From a virus (Duplodnaviria; Caudoviricetes): 64,000 nucleotides of DNA. A model generated the notes under the pieces. That model was not told the origin of the DNA. It saw only the letters and a program-made list of their open reading frames with translations, and ran no database searches. Location of the stretch: positions 1 through 64,000 of IMG/VR virus record IMGVR_UViG_3300014969_000016. The stretch is one strand, 5' to 3'. Below are positions 48,082-56,705 of this stretch, one piece after another. How positions within the stretch are numbered: position 1 is the first letter of the stretch; the number at the start of each line of letters is the position of its first letter. Both the position numbers and the translations under genes were made by a program.

Positions 48082-50079
48082 TCAGAGCGTGGGTGGCAAC
48101 TGCGGGGGTGGCCCCACCGGGATGGGTTCGAACGGCGTACCCGGAGGCACGACCGGCGCACCTGGCGGGAACGGCCCGTTGGGGTTGGCGCAAGCCGCCG
48201 ACTCCGGTGGGTAGGTCACGAACGCCGTGGCGGTCGGGTTGACCGTGTACTCCAGGTTGATGCCCTCTCGCAGGAACTCATCGCTGGGGTCACGGATCCA
48301 GAAGCCGTCAGCGTTCAGGATCCAACCCGGCACGTCGGCAATCGACCCATCGGCGTTGATCACGCTGCCTGGGTAGAGCACGTCGGCCGTGGTCCCCGGC
48401 GTATAGACGAGCGGGAGCGTTCCCACCACGTTGCCGTTGATGTCCCGCATCGTCAGCGTCCCAGTCTGGCCCGCCAGCGACGGGAACTGGTTCAGGAACT
48501 GGATCCTGATGACCGGAACCTCGGCCACGCAAACCGACGCCGCTGCTCCGAATTGGAATGTCTCAGGGAGCGTCGTGGTAGTCGTCGTGGATGGGGATGA
48601 CGTAGTCGTCGTCCCCGGCTGGGTAGTCGTGGTGCTCCCGCTCACGGTGGTCGAGGTGCTCGGCAAGGAGCTTGAGCTTGTCGATGTAGTCGATGGACTC
48701 GTCGTTGTCGAGGTCGTGGACGATGTCGTGGACGGAGCGGTCGTCGTAGTCGTGCTTGGCGCTGTCGTCGTACTCGCCGTCGTCGTCGTGGTCGTCGGGG
48801 CGGCTGTCGTGGTCGTGGTGCTTGATGTCGTCACCCCCGTCGTCGTGGTCTGCTGGGGGAGGGTAGTGGTAGTCGATGTGCTCGTCGTTGGCGCCACCGT
48901 TGTCGAAGTCGTCGTAGACGAGGTTGTAGGCGACGTAGTGGAGGTCGTCGTGGACGGCGCGGAAGTCGTAGTGGTCGAGGATGTCGTAGTTGTACCCGGC
49001 GTCGTGGTGGTGGTAGTCGTCTCGGCCACGCAGCCCTCGGGGAACGCCAGCGGGCCAGCGGTGGCCGTCTCGGCCCCCAACGTGTACGTGATCAGGGCGA
49101 TGTCACCCGCTCCGGTCGGCCACGGGACGTTGGTCGTCCCTCCTGAGTTGAAGATCAGGGGGACCGAACCTCCGGTCGAGAAGCTCAGGGTGCCGGTCTG
49201 GCCAGCCAGGTCGGGGCGCAGGCCAAACGTGATGGTGATCACGGCTTGGCCGTTTACGCACGCTGGTACGGCGGGGACGGCGAACAGGCTGATGCGGGGG
49301 ATCGTCGTCGTGGTGGTCGTACCCGGCTGCGTCGTGGTCGTCGTGGTAGTAGGGGCGACCGAAGAGGTGGTGGTAGATGAGGTCGAGCTTGATGTCGTCG
49401 TTGTACCCCCAGTGTCGGGCGGGGGACACTCGTCCACGTCAGGCTCGTCCTGACCCACGTCGTAGGCCAGCGAGTAGCTGCGGCCCTGGGAGTCGTTGAA
49501 GTAGTTGCCGGGTTCGCGTCCGGGCTTGTAGTCCACGCTGATCGGGTTGTTGCCGGTCTGCAGGCGCTCGTCCACGCCAGGCGTGCCGACGTACTTGCAG
49601 ACGAAGACCTTCTTGCCCTCGGTCGTCGTCGTGACGCCGCCGCTGGTGGTCGTGGTGGCGCCACCGGCCGTGGTGGTCGTCGCCCCACCTGAGGTGGTGG
49701 TCGTGGTGCCCTCGTCGTCACCCTGGGGCTGGGTGGTCGTCGTGGAGGCGTGAGTGGTCGTGGTGTAGTGGGCGTGGGTCGTGGTCGGCTCGTTGTCACC
49801 GCCACCTACTGGGAGCAGGTTCTCGTCAGGCTGCTCCACAACCCGCTGCTCCTGGTTGTCGGCCTCCTGGTCGTCGGCAGCCTGCTCCTGAGCTTCCGGC
49901 TCCGGGTCGTCGGCCTGCTCTTGGTCGTCGGCCTGTTGCTCCTGGTCGTCCTGTTGCTGGACGGCGAGGGTCGTGCCCGTCGTTGTGGTGACATCATCGT
50001 CGGCCTGGAGTGATACTGCCGGAACTGCAGCCACCACCCCGGTCAACACAGCGATTGCGGCCGCTACCCGGAGTTTCAT
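48082..50079 (-). CDS. Secreted Thr-rich mucin-like protein
   Basis: Signal peptide MKLRVAAAIAVL...; poly-Thr linkers separating Cys-containing domains; ends LPPTL. Confidence 0.75.
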   Translation of the reverse strand: MKLRVAAAIAVLTGVVAAVPAVSLQADDDVTTTTGTTLAVQQQDDQEQQADDQEQADDPEPEAQEQAADDQEADNQEQRVVEQPDENLLPVGGGDNEPTTTHAHYTTTTHASTTTTQPQGDDEGTTTTTSGGATTTTAGGATTTTSGGVTTTTEGKKVFVCKYVGTPGVDERLQTGNNPISVDYKPGREPGNYFNDSQGRSYSLAYDVGQDEPDVDECPPPDTGGTTTTSSSTSSTTTSSVAPTTTTTTTQPGTTTTTTIPRISLFAVPAVPACVNGQAVITITFGLRPDLAGQTGTLSFSTGGSVPLIFNSGGTTNVPWPTGAGDIALITYTLGAETATAGPLAFPEGCVAETTTTTTTPGTTTTSSTTTTSAPSTTTSTTSPTTSSTTTSTTVAPTTSTSTTTTLPQQTTTTGVTTSSTTTTTAAPTTTTTTASTTTAPSTTTTTAPSTTSSTTSTTTSPSTTSTSSSSLPSTSTTVSGSTTTTQPGTTTTSSPSTTTTTTLPETFQFGAAASVCVAEVPVIRIQFLNQFPSLAGQTGTLTMRDINGNVVGTLPLVYTPGTTADVLYPGSVINADGSIADVPGWILNADGFWIRDPSDEFLREGINLEYTVNPTATAFVTYPPESAACANPNGPFPPGAPVVPPGTPFEPIPVGPPPQLPPTL

Positions 50080-50146
50080 GGGCAGGATGTTACCCCACTA
50101 AGGGGGGTTCAAACAGAGGTAAGAGAAGGGGTAAGATGCCGCCCCT

Positions 50147-50350
50147 ATGGACACAGCAAACATCAAGACCCAGTTGCAGCAGTTCGGCCAGGAACTCAAG
50201 ACCGAGATCCAGAGCGCCAACGTCGGTGAGGATGTCAAGCAGCAACTCGCCACCAAGATCGACCAGAAGCTGGACGAACTCGGCGCCCGCATCGGCGGCG
50301 ACCAGTCCCAGGGCCAGACGCAGTCGGCCGCTTCCCAGCCGGGAGTCTGA
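50147..50350 (+). CDS. Small helical hypothetical protein
   Basis: Divergent plus-strand ORF with TAAGAT upstream. Confidence 0.6.
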   Translation: MDTANIKTQLQQFGQELKTEIQSANVGEDVKQQLATKIDQKLDELGARIGGDQSQGQTQSAASQPGV

Positions 50351-50370
50351 CGGATCGCTCCGTCGCCGGG

Positions 50371-50535
50371 TCAGAGTTGACGCTCGGTCCCCGGCGACGG
50401 AGTTTCTGGCAGGGGCACGACCTCTGCCTTCTTGTGCTTCTTCTTCAAGTGAGCTTCAAGTAGGGCTACGCCATCGTTGTCGGCGGGAACGGTGTAGCCG
50501 CACGTGGTGCAGACGAACTCGTAGCCCTTGGTCAT
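50371..50535 (-). CDS. C2H2 zinc-finger micro-protein
   Basis: Manual translation MTKGYEFVCTTCG...LEAHLKKKH...ERQL*. Confidence 0.6.
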   Translation of the reverse strand: MTKGYEFVCTTCGYTVPADNDGVALLEAHLKKKHKKAEVVPLPETPSPGTERQL

Positions 50536-50608
50536 GGAGCGGGCGACGGGAATCGAACCCGTGTTTCGACCTTGGCAAGGTCGTGTACTACCTCTGTACG
50601 ACGCCCGC
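50535..50608 (-). tRNA. tRNA-Gly (anticodon GCC), CCA encoded
   Basis: GCGGGCG acceptor stem, CGACC-TTGCCAA-GGTCG anticodon arm, GGTTCGATTCC T-arm, TCCA end. Confidence 0.92.
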
Positions 50609-50976
50609 TAGCGCCCCGAGGCTCCCTTCTTGAACGCCTTCGTGGCCGTCTTGTTGGTGATCACCCTGGGATTGCGCACTACCGGCTTGGCTGCCGTCTT
50701 CTTGGCTGCCCGCTTGATCGGACGCTTCTTCACCGGCTGCAGGTTGGCCCGGTAGACGAGGGCCGACACCTGGGCCAACTGTTGTCTCAACATCTCGTTC
50801 TGCACGCGCAGATCGTTGACGAACTTGAGACGCTCGTAGAAGTGGGGGCTGGTCAGGACGGTGAGGATCACCCGTCCTGCTGTGTCAACGACGACGGCCT
50901 TGTGCGCTTCCGGGACACCGTGGAAGTCAACGATCTCTCGGATCATCCCCAGTAGTTCGTCACCGTCCGTCGTCAT
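50608..50976 (-). CDS. Hypothetical protein with Lys/Ala-rich histone-like tail
   Basis: KRAAKKTAAKP C-terminus. Confidence 0.6.
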   Translation of the reverse strand: MTTDGDELLGMIREIVDFHGVPEAHKAVVVDTAGRVILTVLTSPHFYERLKFVNDLRVQNEMLRQQLAQVSALVYRANLQPVKKRPIKRAAKKTAAKPVVRNPRVITNKTATKAFKKGASGR

Positions 50977-50979
50977 CGG

Positions 50980-51180
50980 CTACTCCAGGTCTACGGCATC
51001 CGGGCTGAACCACTGGCTGCCGGTACCACCCATCACCAGTGGGTCATCGAACTGTATCTTGACCGTGAGCCAGGGCTTGATCGGCCCTGGGTCTTGTAGC
51101 TGAGCGATGAAGCCCGGTAGCACCTTGTCGGCCACCGTCACCGTGACTCGGTCGCCTGGCTGGTAGAAGTGTTGTGTCAT
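50980..51180 (-). CDS. Small SH3/KOW-like hypothetical protein
   Basis: YQPGDRVTV; TATACT 6 nt before the ATG. Confidence 0.55.
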   Translation of the reverse strand: MTQHFYQPGDRVTVTVADKVLPGFIAQLQDPGPIKPWLTVKIQFDDPLVMGGTGSQWFSPDAVDLE

Positions 51181-51205
51181 GTAGCTAGTATACCTTATTG
51201 ATGTG

Positions 51206-51430
51206 TTATTCGGGCGGTTCGTCCAGGAACACAATCTGCGTCTTGCCGTCGTGCCCGTGTACATGCCTTACAGAGTCCATCCCCCTGTCGTAGTGGACGA
51301 CGGACGACGGCCACTGGCTCGTCCAGTGGAGCACGACGACGCCGTCGCTGAACTCAACTCCTTCGGCCACGGTACCAGTCCCTGATACCCCTGTTATGTC
51401 AACCGTCCGCTCCAGTATGAACCTTCTCAT
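51206..51430 (-). CDS. Hypothetical protein
   Basis: DITGVSGTGTVAEGVEFSDG...HGHDGKT; overlaps the upstream stop. Confidence 0.7.
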   Translation of the reverse strand: MRRFILERTVDITGVSGTGTVAEGVEFSDGVVVLHWTSQWPSSVVHYDRGMDSVRHVHGHDGKTQIVFLDEPPE

Positions 51431-51792
51431 TCCTCAACGTCTCCAACAACTGCCTCGTCTTCAACACCTTGGTAGGGATCGCCGCCTTCTGGTTCTTCGG
51501 TTCCGGCACCTTGGGCATCCTCTTCGGTGGCTTGTAGTTGGCTGTCCGTGGGTTGATCGACCTCGACATCTCTGAGCACCTCGGTGAGTGGGCGGGGACG
51601 GATATCCGGTGTCGTCGGTTCGATGCGGATCGTCCAGTGAGACAACGGGTGGTCCCGCCAGACGAAATCGATGTCACGGAAGACGACGCCACGGAACTGG
51701 TGGTTCTCTCGGAACATGGCCAGGTCATGGAGATCGTGCAGCACCTGCTGCAGTTCTTCCATCACCACTTGGTAGGACAGTGAACGACTCAT
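51427..51792 (-). CDS. Hypothetical protein
   Basis: TACTCT 6 nt before the ATG. Confidence 0.55.
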   Translation of the reverse strand: MSRSLSYQVVMEELQQVLHDLHDLAMFRENHQFRGVVFRDIDFVWRDHPLSHWTIRIEPTTPDIRPRPLTEVLRDVEVDQPTDSQLQATEEDAQGAGTEEPEGGDPYQGVEDEAVVGDVEE

Positions 51793-51810
51793 GGCCTGAG
51801 AGTACGTGGG

Positions 51811-52014
51811 TTACACCCAGTCGTCGGGGATCGGCGCTATGTCCCAGCGCCGTGCCTCGTCCTTGAAGACAGCCGCCATGCCCCGGAGCACTTCACGTTG
51901 GGTCATGCAGTCGGCCTGTGTTATGTCAATAGGAGCATTCCACTCCGGGGACACCTTGTCTGGCTCGTCGGGACGGCTGGCCAGGCGGCTCAGCAAGTCT
52001 TTGTTGTCAGCCAT
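51811..52014 (-). CDS. Hypothetical protein
   Basis: AAGGAG RBS. Confidence 0.55.
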   Translation of the reverse strand: MADNKDLLSRLASRPDEPDKVSPEWNAPIDITQADCMTQREVLRGMAAVFKDEARRWDIAPIPDDWV

Positions 52015-52297
52015 CACGCTCCTTCAAGTGGCTCACGTCATACCCGGCTTCGGCCTCGTCGGCTAACGCCTGTATCTCGGCATCGGTGAGCACCTTGCCG
52101 GTCTTGGTGCGGTACGTCAGCTTCTCCAGAACCTGAGTCTGCTTGCCCATGATCTCGGCGTGCGTGTCCATCCGGAGTTGGGCATTCTCATGCCACTCGG
52201 TGTGCGTCTCCTGATCGATCTCGGCCACCAACGCAGCGCACACGCCGCAGCGGGTGAACAGCCACTTGTCCATGCGGTAGGCGTCGAAGTACCTCAT
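52007..52297 (-). CDS. Hypothetical zinc-binding protein
   Basis: CGVC...HTEWH. Confidence 0.55.
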   Translation of the reverse strand: MRYFDAYRMDKWLFTRCGVCAALVAEIDQETHTEWHENAQLRMDTHAEIMGKQTQVLEKLTYRTKTGKVLTDAEIQALADEAEAGYDVSHLKERDG

Positions 52298-52692
52298 TGG
52301 CCCATCTCGTCGTAGTCGGGGTGATCTGGTCCCCAGCGTCGGCCGAGGTAGGCGTCGCACTCGGCCTTCAACTCCATCACGTACTCGGCTTCTTCCCTGG
52401 AGCCGACCTCGAACTCGGTCACCTCCAAGATCGAGTTGAGGTACCCACGGCTCACCCGCTGATGGGTCGTGGCGGTGAACGATCCGCTCGACGCCGACGT
52501 GGTGAGCGTGTAGGCGGTGCGCTCGATGTGGTCGGCCAGCAGTTGGGCGATGAGGGCGATGTCAGCGACGAGGTCACCAGCCCACGGGGCCGTTTCCCAG
52601 GCCATCCGCGTCCGATCCTCCAACTCGCCCGCCTTGGCCCGGAGCAACCTGACGGCCCGCTCCGGGGTCAGCTTCTCATCGGGCGATGTCAT
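52294..52692 (-). CDS. Hypothetical protein
   Basis: GGAGG RBS; coupled ORF. Confidence 0.55.
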   Translation of the reverse strand: MTSPDEKLTPERAVRLLRAKAGELEDRTRMAWETAPWAGDLVADIALIAQLLADHIERTAYTLTTSASSGSFTATTHQRVSRGYLNSILEVTEFEVGSREEAEYVMELKAECDAYLGRRWGPDHPDYDEMGQ

Positions 52693-52918
52693 TGGCCCTC
52701 CTTCCGCACCACACGCAGTAGCGGTGCTCTGGCTTCATGCACTGGTCGTCTTCGATCTGGTGGCCGTAGTGGTTGCAGAAGATGGCGTTGACGGCCTCTT
52801 CGACCAGGCTGTGAATCCAGTCGTCGCTGCCGTCCTCGGGGTACCCGTATTCCTCATCGATCACCGTGTCGGTGAGGAAGTTCTGGACGGCTTTGGTCCA
52901 CTTCGGGCGTTCACTCAC
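52676..52918 (-). CDS. Hypothetical Cys/His protein
   Basis: C...GH...C....H..CVWC. Confidence 0.55.
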   Translation of the reverse strand: MSERPKWTKAVQNFLTDTVIDEEYGYPEDGSDDWIHSLVEEAVNAIFCNHYGHQIEDDQCMKPEHRYCVWCGRRANDIAR

Positions 52919-53117
52919 TGTGGTTCGCCTTCCAGTCGAGTAGGACCAACACGGCCGACGCCAGTTCGTGGACCGAACAAGGATGGCGGGTGTAGTGACA
53001 GTAGGCGCAGCGGTCGTAGCCGTTGTCCTCCTGGTTGGCCGGGGTGTGGAGATCGCGCTCGCTCTCGGCGTACTGGCGCATCTCGTCGTCGGTGTACTCG
53101 GCGTTGTTGACGATCAT
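52911..53117 (-). CDS. Hypothetical zinc-binding protein
   Basis: CAYCHYTRHPC. Confidence 0.5.
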   Translation of the reverse strand: MIVNNAEYTDDEMRQYAESERDLHTPANQEDNGYDRCAYCHYTRHPCSVHELASAVLVLLDWKANHSE

Positions 53118-53205
53118 CTCGTCATCACCTTGACCAGGACGCCCAGCCAGATGATCGCCGCGATCACCAGCACCGTCGCCACGGCGGCACGCACTGCTGG
53201 ATCGG

Positions 53206-53553
53206 TCATGCCCTCGCCCCTCGGTAACGAGCCGCCACCCGCTGCACGTCAGGGTGCTGAGCAAGGTCGTGCCCAATGATGTTCTCCCACCCGACAACCA
53301 TGCGGCTGAGCACGTCCATGAGATCGTCGGCCAGCGCCATCTCCTGAGCCAGCCGGGACGGCGGCTTGGGCGGCTTTGGTGGATGCTTCACCCAGTTGTC
53401 CTGCAACGGCCTTCCCATCGCCAGGAATGTGCGCCCCGTGTGCTCATGCACGGTGGTACCGCCATTGGCGGTGACACACAGTTCTCCCACTTCTGCCTCA
53501 CACCGGGGACACACGACGGTGAGGGGGTCAGAGAAGTTGGGATTGTTCCTCAT
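53206..53553 (-). CDS. Zinc-finger domain protein
   Basis: VCPRCEAEVGELC...HTGR; TATAGT 6 nt before the ATG. Confidence 0.6.
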   Translation of the reverse strand: MRNNPNFSDPLTVVCPRCEAEVGELCVTANGGTTVHEHTGRTFLAMGRPLQDNWVKHPPKPPKPPSRLAQEMALADDLMDVLSRMVVGWENIIGHDLAQHPDVQRVAARYRGARA

Positions 53554-53581
53554 GGAGCAACTATACCGTATCTTTGCAGTA

Positions 53582-53827
53582 TCACACTACCAGGGCGGCT
53601 TTTCCTGCCTCGTTGATCTTCCACACCCGGCATTCGCCCAGGGCGCCCTCCCAATGGACCTCCATGTCCACCAGGCGGCGCCTGACCAGGCTCTCCAGGG
53701 TCTTGCGGGTCAGGCTGGGGCTGCACCACACCCACTTGGCTTCGTACTGCCACGGCCCCTTGTCCTGGAGCATCTTCAACACCGTGCGCTGGTTGTTGCC
53801 CAGGCCCAGCAACGACCTGTGTGTCAT
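53582..53827 (-). CDS. Small winged-helix-like protein
   Basis: NQRTVLKML...TLESLVRRRLV...INEAGKAAL. Confidence 0.55.
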   Translation of the reverse strand: MTHRSLLGLGNNQRTVLKMLQDKGPWQYEAKWVWCSPSLTRKTLESLVRRRLVDMEVHWEGALGECRVWKINEAGKAALVV

Positions 53828-53973
53828 GTCGGTTCTTCGGGTATGACGGTGCGATGCATGCGCTCTGGATCTTCCTGTTGCTGTTGGCGTTGGTGGTGCT
53901 CGCCGTGGGATCGGCGCTGACCGGTAGGTGGCTGATCCAGCATGCCGTCGAACCGTACAAGGATCCGAACGCG

Positions 53974-54120
53974 CTAGTCGTCGCTGTAGTCCTCCGGGTC
54001 TGACTTGCCGCCCTGCTCCAGCCACGACCCGATGCCAAAGGCAAGTATCAGAAGTATCAGCATGAGGCCCGCCGTGGCTAGGAAGTCCACCCACGGGTTC
54101 ATCACGATGAAGTCTGGCAT
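53974..54120 (-). CDS. Small membrane protein
   Basis: GGAGGG RBS, single TM. Confidence 0.5.
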   Translation of the reverse strand: MPDFIVMNPWVDFLATAGLMLILLILAFGIGSWLEQGGKSDPEDYSDD

Positions 54121-54247
54121 CACCCCTCCCCCTATCGGTTGCTCTTCCAGACCGACCAGACGCACACCCCCAGCAGGATGACGGCCAGCACATTGAAGGC
54201 GGCGGCAAGGAGGGTCTTGGAGTTGTCGCTCACCCGCCGAGTATCTC

Positions 54248-54754
54248 TCACCGGGTGATGGCGCGCATCGCCCTTCCGGCCGTGACCGCCTGCTGCACGG
54301 TCTGCGTGCTGACGATGGAGTCGGCCCACACCAGATGGCACAGCCCCTTGCGGTCAGTGCCGATGAAGAACCGGCGCCCCGAGTTGAGCCAGGAGCGGGA
54401 GGTCTTGACCAGGCGGATCTGGTAATGCTTGATGGCGCCCCAGCGTGTGCGCACGTAGGCGATGTGGCCGGGGATCAGCTTGTCCTCGGCCGGGTCGGCC
54501 ACCTTGGGCCACTGCTCGCGCTGGGCACGGGCCTCCACGATGACGGCCTTGGCCCTGGCCCGCTCGGTAGTTGGGCGGGGCGCCGGTCGCTGACGAGATT
54601 GTTGCGGTCGCGTCTTGGGGATCAGCTTGGTCCGGGGCATCTCTTCGGTCAGCAGCCCGTGGATCATCGTCTCGTCCTCTTCCGTCAGTACGAAAGGACG
54701 AGCGACCACCCGCTCGTAGTAGCTGTTCCCCACCAGGGGGTCGCCAGGGATCAC
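54248..54754 (-). CDS. Hypothetical protein
   Basis: GTGA coupling to the upstream gene. Confidence 0.5.
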   Translation of the reverse strand: MIPGDPLVGNSYYERVVARPFVLTEEDETMIHGLLTEEMPRTKLIPKTRPQQSRQRPAPRPTTERARAKAVIVEARAQREQWPKVADPAEDKLIPGHIAYVRTRWGAIKHYQIRLVKTSRSWLNSGRRFFIGTDRKGLCHLVWADSIVSTQTVQQAVTAGRAMRAITR

Positions 54755-55173
54755 GCCGTCATCTCCAGGTCGGGCAGTTGCATCAGCACCCGGCGATGCA
54801 GCGGCGTCGAGATCGCCGCAGGCACGTGCGGCCAGTGACGGCTGATGACCAGCAGCGGATCCTTGGTCCCCCACTTGGCCAGGCCGTAGCGCACCAGCCG
54901 GTGGCAAGCCGCCAGCATGTCCTCGACGGTGATGCCCATCTGACCGGCCCAGCGCTCGGCGTCGAACGTGATCTTGTGGTCGGTGGTCAACAGCAGGTCG
55001 ATCTTGCGGGCCAGCAGGATCGCTGCCGGTCCCAGGTAGGGCAGCCATTCCTTCTCGACGTACTCGGAGCGGATCCGCTCGGTGTCGGGGCCGGGGCTGT
55101 CGTCGTCCTCGGTGGTCACCATGAACTTCTTCGGCGTACGCGGCTCCACCAGGTCAAGGGTGTCCAGGGTCAT
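54751..55173 (-). CDS. Winged-helix-like protein (DnaB/DnaD N-terminal-like, tentative)
   Basis: YVEKEWLPYLGPAAILLARKI...LAACHRLVRYGLA; AAGGAG RBS. Confidence 0.5.
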   Translation of the reverse strand: MTLDTLDLVEPRTPKKFMVTTEDDDSPGPDTERIRSEYVEKEWLPYLGPAAILLARKIDLLLTTDHKITFDAERWAGQMGITVEDMLAACHRLVRYGLAKWGTKDPLLVISRHWPHVPAAISTPLHRRVLMQLPDLEMTA

Positions 55174-55352
55174 GACGCTCCTTCCATGCATTGGGGGCTG
55201 TACGGTATCACAACGTCCCTTAGCGACAAAGGCTTCACCAGGAGACGGCCACGAACCACCACACCAGCGCCGTGGCGATGACCAGGCAGATGATGGCGCA
55301 GATCACCGCCACCACCGTGATGCAGCCATCGAACACCGACACAGCCTTCACT

Positions 55353-56006
55353 TTAGGGGGCCGTGTAGTAGCCATAGACCATCCTCCATCCCCGGCCGTC
55401 GTCGGTGCTGACATGCCGGGAGACGCTGGTGTCCCAGGTGTCGTACAACACGCCATCCACCATGGCGGTGTAGGCCTTGCTGATCTTCAACACCAACGAG
55501 CCGCCCGGTAACTCATCCGGACGGACATGGACCGTCTCCACCTGGCCGATACCGGCCGTCGCCGTCCACACGAACCCCTTCGACTCGGCGTAGGCCGATA
55601 CCACATCGTTGTGGGGCATGTGATCGGGCTTGCAGTGACGCGTCCCGTCCCGATACAGACGTTTGAGAGCGTTCGACTTACCAGCAAGCGCCCAGTCCCG
55701 TATCGCATCGCAGATCTCACGGTATGTCTGGTGATACTCGGCGCCCGTTGGGTGCGGCCCGTACTGCGCTATCGCGAAGCTGCGCACCACACAGGTGCCG
55801 TGGAACTCGGTCACCCGTGTGTCACCGGACTCCCGTCGCCCGCCGTCACTCACCACGAAGAAGTCTTCGGGCACCGGGACGAACTTGTAGGCCTTGCCCG
55901 TCCCTTCGTGGAGCCGGTAGCCGTAGCCCTCCAGGATCTCCCGTTGGCGCCTCGCCAACTCTTCGGCTTCACGCTGGGCATCGAACCCAGCCATCTTGAC
56001 GTTCAT
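55353..56006 (-). CDS. Hypothetical protein
   Basis: GTCVVRSFAIA...DGVLYDTWD...VYGYY; extended -10 TGCTAGACT 6 nt before the ATG. Confidence 0.7.
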   Translation of the reverse strand: MNVKMAGFDAQREAEELARRQREILEGYGYRLHEGTGKAYKFVPVPEDFFVVSDGGRRESGDTRVTEFHGTCVVRSFAIAQYGPHPTGAEYHQTYREICDAIRDWALAGKSNALKRLYRDGTRHCKPDHMPHNDVVSAYAESKGFVWTATAGIGQVETVHVRPDELPGGSLVLKISKAYTAMVDGVLYDTWDTSVSRHVSTDDGRGWRMVYGYYTAP

Positions 56007-56042
56007 GACGCCAGTCTAGCACGCAAAGGTACGGAACCTTAA

Positions 56043-56234
56043 CTATTCCTTCCAGATCAACAGCCAGCGGCCACGCACGTACTCGGGCTGCACCCACTTG
56101 ACGTGGAAGCTCACGGCAAAGCCCTCATCCCAGGGGGGCGGCTCCATCACCGTCTCCACGGGGAACGCCGCCTTACCACTCAGCGCCAGCACCACACCAT
56201 CGTGCGGCCCACCGAACCATTCGGCTTCGATCAC
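56043..56234 (-). CDS. Hypothetical protein
   Basis: WFGGPHDG motif; GTGA coupling. Confidence 0.55.
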   Translation of the reverse strand: MIEAEWFGGPHDGVVLALSGKAAFPVETVMEPPPWDEGFAVSFHVKWVQPEYVRGRWLLIWKE

Positions 56235-56461
56235 GGCTGGCACTCCAGTTCGTGGTTGGCCAGCCCGTTCTCGGTACGACACTGCTTGCCGCACCAAACA
56301 CAGGTCAGGGCCATTCGGCGCTCGGCGGCAACGATCTCTGCCTCACGGCGTTCGGCATACCCCGGCTTGGCCATGTCCCTGAGCATCTTCATGGGCGACT
56401 TGCGCGTCGCCTCAATCGCCGCCTCGCGCCGTACCCGCCGAACCTCGTCGTCCTCACTCAT
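56231..56461 (-). CDS. Zinc-finger micro-protein
   Basis: CVWCGK...LANHELEC. Confidence 0.6.
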   Translation of the reverse strand: MSEDDEVRRVRREAAIEATRKSPMKMLRDMAKPGYAERREAEIVAAERRMALTCVWCGKQCRTENGLANHELECQP

Positions 56462-56705
56462 CAACACACTCCCACTTGTCGTGCTCGGCAAGCTCGGCCG
56501 GGGTAGAGAATGTCACATCACAGTACGGGCACGTCAACAGCCCCTCGTTCTCCAGCCACTGCAGGTAGAACCGGCGCTGGGCCTCACGCACCCCAGGCGA
56601 GTTGGCCAAACTCCCCGTTTGAGCGGCCTCCAACATGCTGCGCCACACATCAACGGCAACCTCTACAGAGTCTTCCTCGTCACCCTCACCCTCATCTTCC
56701 GCCAT
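56454..56705 (-). CDS. Zinc-finger micro-protein
   Basis: CPYCDVTFSTPAELAEHDKWEC. Confidence 0.6.
   Translation of the reverse strand: MAEDEGEGDEEDSVEVAVDVWRSMLEAAQTGSLANSPGVREAQRRFYLQWLENEGLLTCPYCDVTFSTPAELAEHDKWECVDE

Noticed and set aside
48570-49800. (GTC/GTG)n microsatellite-like DNA
   Set aside because: Explained by Thr codons of the mucin-like protein.
50535-50608. tRNA as an attP/attB prophage boundary
   Set aside because: No integrase and no duplicated tRNA 3' end; phage-like genes continue on both sides.
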